Source of the DNA: Callorhinchus milii
Lineage: Eukaryota
Length of the DNA: 64,000 nucleotides
Reading direction: 5' to 3'
NCBI RefSeq assembly: GCF_018977255.1
Contig: NW_024704742.1
Coordinates: forward strand, 129,396,001 to 129,460,000
Shown here: positions 56,401 to 62,400 of the stretch, one piece after another
How positions within the stretch are numbered: position 1 is the stretch's first letter
Layout: each line of letters opens with the position of its first letter
Made by a program: the position numbers and the translations under genes
Notes under the pieces: model-generated
Database searches by the model: none
What the model was told of the DNA's origin: nothing
Seen by the model: only the letters and a program-made list of their open reading frames with translations

Positions 56401-59400
56401 GGAAACCTATCACCATGCTTGAATATCCAAACCAAACTGAGTTCCATGCATCCTATTTATACATGGAAATTCCAGAGATAGATTGTTGGAATGGATTGCG
56501 CACTCTCTCCCTGGAGGGACACATTCTGCTTACCTAATTACAGAAAGTATAAGGTGCAGGTTGGGGACCCCAGAGTGTGTGCTGGGGCACTGCTGCAGTC
56601 TTACCAGCTAAAACCACACAGCTTGCCATTGATATCACTGTGCCTAGCTTTCCCAGAGCTTGTCCAGCTGGGACGACTCTTCCCATGTGTTTCGGCTTGC
56701 AGGGGTTAACAGGAGCTGAATGGGAAGAATTCCCGCAGTGATTGGTCTGCTCTTCCACTTCAGCCGATGAGTCAGCCTGGCTGAGCTATCATCAGCAGTG
56801 TCCTGGAATACTGCAGACACGCCTAGCTCAGGAACCGACTACTGAGACTGCCACAGAGGGTGGGCTTGATTCTGACACTGCTGCCTAACATATCTCCTCA
56901 GAGCCAGTTCAGTTTCAAGGAGACCCTGCTTACCTTTGCCCCACCCCAACACCACAAGACCCTGATTATTGTGAGCTGCCTGTTGACAACTCCATCATGC
57001 TTTTCAGATTGTATTCAGTGTGGAGTCCTGTAGCCCAGTAGTGGTTAGAGCACTCGCCTCGCAAGTGAGAGACCTGGTTTTGATTCCCGGCAGGGCGAAA
57101 CCTTGGGCAAGTTTCCTTACTCCACACGCCTGATATTAATCCCTCAAGAAAAAAAACAATAATAAATTGGTCACTTTGATCCACGACTGTTTGTGGGACA
57201 CTGCTGTACGCAATTGGCTGCCGAGTTTCGCCCACAAATACACAGTAAATTCACTTTACAGTATATTCTGTGAAGTGCTTTGAGACATCTAGAAGAAATG
57301 AGAAGCGCTATATCAAATGCAAGGATTATTATTATTGACCAATAATACCCGCCTTTCCTCTGTCATCCACCTCAGTGGGACCGCACTCGCCTGGTTCGAG
57401 TCCTACCTCACGAATCGCCAGCAGTATATCTGCACAAACTGCTTCTCTTCCCGCTCTCACCCGGTTACCTGCAGGGTACCCCAAGGATCCATCCTTGGCT
57501 CTCTCCTCTTTCTGATCTACATGTTCCCTCTAATCTCTCCAAAACCAAACAATAATAAATTGGTCATTTTCAATCAACGACTGTTTATGAGACATTGCTG
57601 TGCGCAATTGGCTGCCGCATTCGCCCACAAATATACAGTCAATTCACTTTACAGTGTGTTCTGTGAAGCGCTTTGGGACGTCCTCCTGACGTGAAAAGCG
57701 CTATATCAAATGCAAGGATTATTATTATTATTATTGGGGATGTCATCCACAGACATGGGGTACATTTCCACATGTACGCGGACGACACCCAACTCTATCT
57801 TTCCACTTCTCTTTGCGACCCCCAGTCCCCTGATGTTCTGTCAGCCTGCCTGTCAGATCTCAGGAGCTGGATGAGCATAAATTTCCTTCAGCTGAACGTT
57901 GACAAGACGGAAGCCATACTCTTTGGCTCTCATCAATGTTTAAAATCTCATGGTTTTCACCTCCTCCACCTACCTGACCTCCCCCTAGGTGTCAGGTTTG
58001 ACCCCGAATTATCCTTCCTCCCCCACATCCGGTCCATCACCAGCACTGCTTTCTTCCATCTCCAACGCATCGCCCGTCTCTGCCAATACCTCTCTCCAAA
58101 AGCCGCTGAAACTCTGGTCCATGCCTTTGTAACCTCTCAGCTGAACTATTCTAATGCCCTCCCCGCCGGGCTCCCATCCACTGCAGTCCATAAAATCCAG
58201 ATTATTCAAAACTCTGCCGCCCGCATTCTTACCCGCACAAAACTCCGCTCCCCATTTACCCCAGTCCTTGCCAAACTGCATTGGCTGCCTGTCCCAGCCA
58301 GGATCGACTTCAAAATCTTCACTGTTGTCTTCAAATCCCTCCACTCCTCTGCACCCCCCATACCTCTCTGACCTCTCTCCTCAAAACAGTGCTCGTTGCC
58401 TTCGTTCCTCTGGGTCTGGCCTCTTTCTTGTCTCCTGAGTCCTCCGCTCCACCCTCAGGGCTGTGCCTTCAGCCACTACGCCCCGAGGCTCTGAAACTCC
58501 CTTCCTCACTCCCTTCGTCTCGCCCCTTCTTTTCCTACCTTCAGGTCTCTGCTGAAGACCTTTCTTTTCGACCGCGCCTTTGGTCACTTTCCTCCCCTTC
58601 CCCCAGGCTCAGCCCCGGGATACGTTAGTGGGAAGCACTCTGAGACGCCGTCCGGCGTGGCAGGCGCTATATAAATCCAAGTTGTTGTTGTTGACCCCGC
58701 AACATAATTGTAATAGCTAATAAACTTACATATCCTATCATTTAATTATTTTAGAATGCTGTATAGCTGAGTGGGAAGAAACAATCTAGTTGTGTGTGGT
58801 TTTCCAAGTTGAAATTGAAGAGATTTATACTTTTTTATTTCTTCAGGTGGCCTGTGGCTTGAATCACACCTTGGTTGTGTCGTCTGATGGAATGATTGTC
58901 TGGGCGTTCGGTGATGGAGACTATGGGAAGCTCGGCTTAGGGGTTTGTACCGTGAAGTGCTGTCCCCAGGTGAGAATGAAAAAGATTCCAGGGGGTGGTC
59001 ACATGTTACCATAAAATAAATAGTATTTATTAAAAGCCTGTAATCTGCAGATAAAATAATAATAATTATCCTTACATTTGGTATAATGGGAGAAAGTGCC
59101 CAAAGCGTGTCATGGTATAATCTGTTTTGTGGGTGAAATGCTAAAGTAGATGTTGGATTTTTGCAATAAAATGTTTGCTTGTGAAAAGATTTTTTTTATT
59201 CTCAGATTATAATAAACTTTAAAATCTTATTGGACTACACCAACTAATAATGGTGGCCTTCTCCTAGCCTCTTTACCTCAACAACCTGTAGCCTGGAATA
59301 GTCAATGGAGGTCAGCAGGTAGTCACCAGGTCGTATGACACGAAACTTCCAAGAATAACTACTGATGTGTTAGAGGTTGATTTATTGGCCCGAGAGCAGG

Positions 59401-62400
59401 CTGTGAAAAGTAATCTTCAAGACTGACTAATAGCAGTAGCAGTAGGTGTGTTGATGAAGTGTGTCTTCTGGTGTGTTCCTTTAGTTACTGAATATTCCAA
59501 GAACTAAGAGAAAAGTTGGTCCAGCCAGAGGTAACTTTGTTTTGGAAACTATTTCAGACAGGAGTAGTTCCAGAGGATGGAGGCAGACATGTGATGGTCT
59601 TAGAAACCTCATTATTGTTTACAATTTCCAATCTTTTTGGCAATGTAGAAAATTGAAAGTCTCTGCAACAAAGGAGTGAAGAAAGTGGCTTGTGGAACCC
59701 AGTTTTCTGTTGTTCTCACAAAGGATGGACACGTATTCACTTTTGGGCAAGGTATTTCTTCCTTTCCCCCCATTCATATTTGTTAACCTTTAAAATCCAA
59801 AACGTTTTCATGACAAATACTCACCCTCAAGTTAATATAAGATTAGAATTTAGTATGCTAATTAGGTTTGTTAATGAGGTTGTGTTAACCGATCTTTTCA
59901 TTAATTATCAAGGAATGTGATAATTCAGATGTGAAGTGGATTGTCAGAATGATTTCTGTTTTTTATTAATATTCAAGAGCGTCTCATAGGCCTACCAGAT
60001 ACCATGCTGCGTAATCACAATCGACCCCAGCAAGTTCCTGCACTAGAAGGCTTGTTTATTGAAGATACCGTGGTGGGATCCGAGCATACACTTGCTTTGA
60101 CCTCTACAGGTGATGTGTATGCCTGGGGTTGTAATGCTGAAGGCCAGGTAAGACAATTAAGCTTTGCAAAATTTAGGAAAACTCTTAATATACACTAACT
60201 GATATCTGTTTTGACTGGAACTGATTCTAAAGGAGCTGTACTTTAATCAGCCAGTAACAATCCAGAGACTCTGCATCTTTCTGGGTCGTAGAGGTCTCCT
60301 TGGGGCAGAGATGCCATCAAGGTGATTTGCTTGGCAAAGAAACTTCACAATATTTATTTACATTTGTGGCTTTAAAATAAAACAGGTTATCAGTGGGGAA
60401 GAAGCATTATAACTGCAAACCTTTAGGACACTTTGGGAATTATCAGTAATGTTAACACCAAGTTCTTCATCTCTCACCACTGCCCCATGCATTATTAAAT
60501 GAGCTTCCAATTATTTTTCCTTGTTTAACATTTTTTTAAAAAGTTCATAATATTAAAAAGCTCATCATAATTTGTTTTGTGCAGCTTGGTCTGAACCACA
60601 CTAATCAAGTAAGAGAACCAACACTGGTTACTATACTTCAAGGTAAAAACATCAAGCAGATTTCAGCTGGGCGTTGTCACAGTGCTGCATGGACCACTCC
60701 TCCACTTTCACCAAGAGCTCCAGGTAATGTGTTATATTAATGTTCTTCTCACACCTTGGTACTTGGTACAATACAATAGTATTGTATATTATTGTTTGGT
60801 GTTAAACACTCCTTGGGGAGAGGAGAAGGAGGCTCCAGTAAAACTCACATTAAGTCTTATCTTTATAAATTGCATAATTGCCTAAGTCGTATATGCACTC
60901 GAAACCCATTCAGTTTCCTATCAAAACCACTTAGATTTATTTGTACAAGTTGTATCAATCATCCTCTAACTTGTTACGCCACTCCCCTGCCCTCCATTAC
61001 TCCTGCACTTACCGGCTGCACTGAATGGTGGGAAATGATGCATGGACACTTAGCGGTTGGCTGGATTGAATCGAGGGAAACATAGTCTTGTTCCATCAAC
61101 ACATGCGAAGACGAAGTTCATTTGAAGATGAAGTGCCAGCTGCAGTGACAAGTTATTACATGGGTACTTACCGGCTGCATCGAATTACACAAACTAGAGC
61201 AGATTGTTGATTAAATCGGATTTTATGCGATTTATAGGAAGCTTCCATGCATCCTATCAAGTTGCACAAGATGTCAGAGGCCTGGGGGAAATTTGCTCAC
61301 TTTTTCTGTCAAGCAAAGGTGTGGTTTAAGGGAGACTTAAAATAAATTAAAAGTGGTTACCAGCTTCAGCATAAAAATTTTAATTGAAAATAAGACACAC
61401 ACCCTCAGAATAGTATAAAGAGGTTTAATTTATGGGGAAAAGCATTAGTCTATTCAACTGGCAGGTGGTCTGAGATTTCTGATGCCATTTTTACTTCAGA
61501 GAAGCACTTCACTAACAATGAATTTAATTTTAATTGCCTCAAATATACAATTTACAGCACAGTTGGTCTATTAAGCTGATGCTCGTACCAGCTCTTCCGC
61601 TGTAATCCCAATTCACCTGCTTCTCCATCCCATTTCATAATGTTCTCTTCAAATTCATCTTCAATCCCCCTTTTAATGATGCAATCTTACACTAGGTATT
61701 CATGTATTGAAATCTTTCAATGTATTAGATATTAGTACAGTTTTTGTTTGTATCATATTGGTGAGCAACTGAAAATGGGTACGAGCAATTGAAACCCTGA
61801 GTGTGTTGTCTTAATATAACTGGATCAATGACTTATGTTGAATACTTTCACAATTAAAGGTACCACAATTCCTGCTCAGCTTGGTGTACCTCAGGCGATA
61901 CCTCCTCAGTATAGTACACTAAAAGAGTGCAGCGCTGAAACACTGACTAATCGGCTGCGGGTTCTCTTTCACTTCTCTGACCTGATGTACAAGTCCTGGA
62001 GGCTGTTGAATCTCTCCTCTAGCAATCAGGTAAGATGTTCTTTTCATGTCCTGCTTATATAGTGTATCAGTCTTATTTCTCAACTTCAATTCTACTTTCA
62101 CAAGAAGACCAGTTATTCTGGAATGTTACTTCAATAAGAAATATTAAGCCTAAATTTGCAGTGTTAACTTAGTAAAGTACTGATGTAAAGTAATGGTGGT
62201 AGAAACCAACAGAGGGCAGCACCGTCCCAATAGGTAAATCCATTCCAGATCCTAACATCCACTGTTCAAGTGCTTTTATTTTGTAAATTTTAGGTCCTAC
62301 ATCAGGAGTAAGGGTTTGTTTTTGTTTGCTATTTATTTTCCTTGATTTATCTAACTAGGAGGACTGAATTAACTGGAAATAGACCAAGTCTGTGCCAGTG

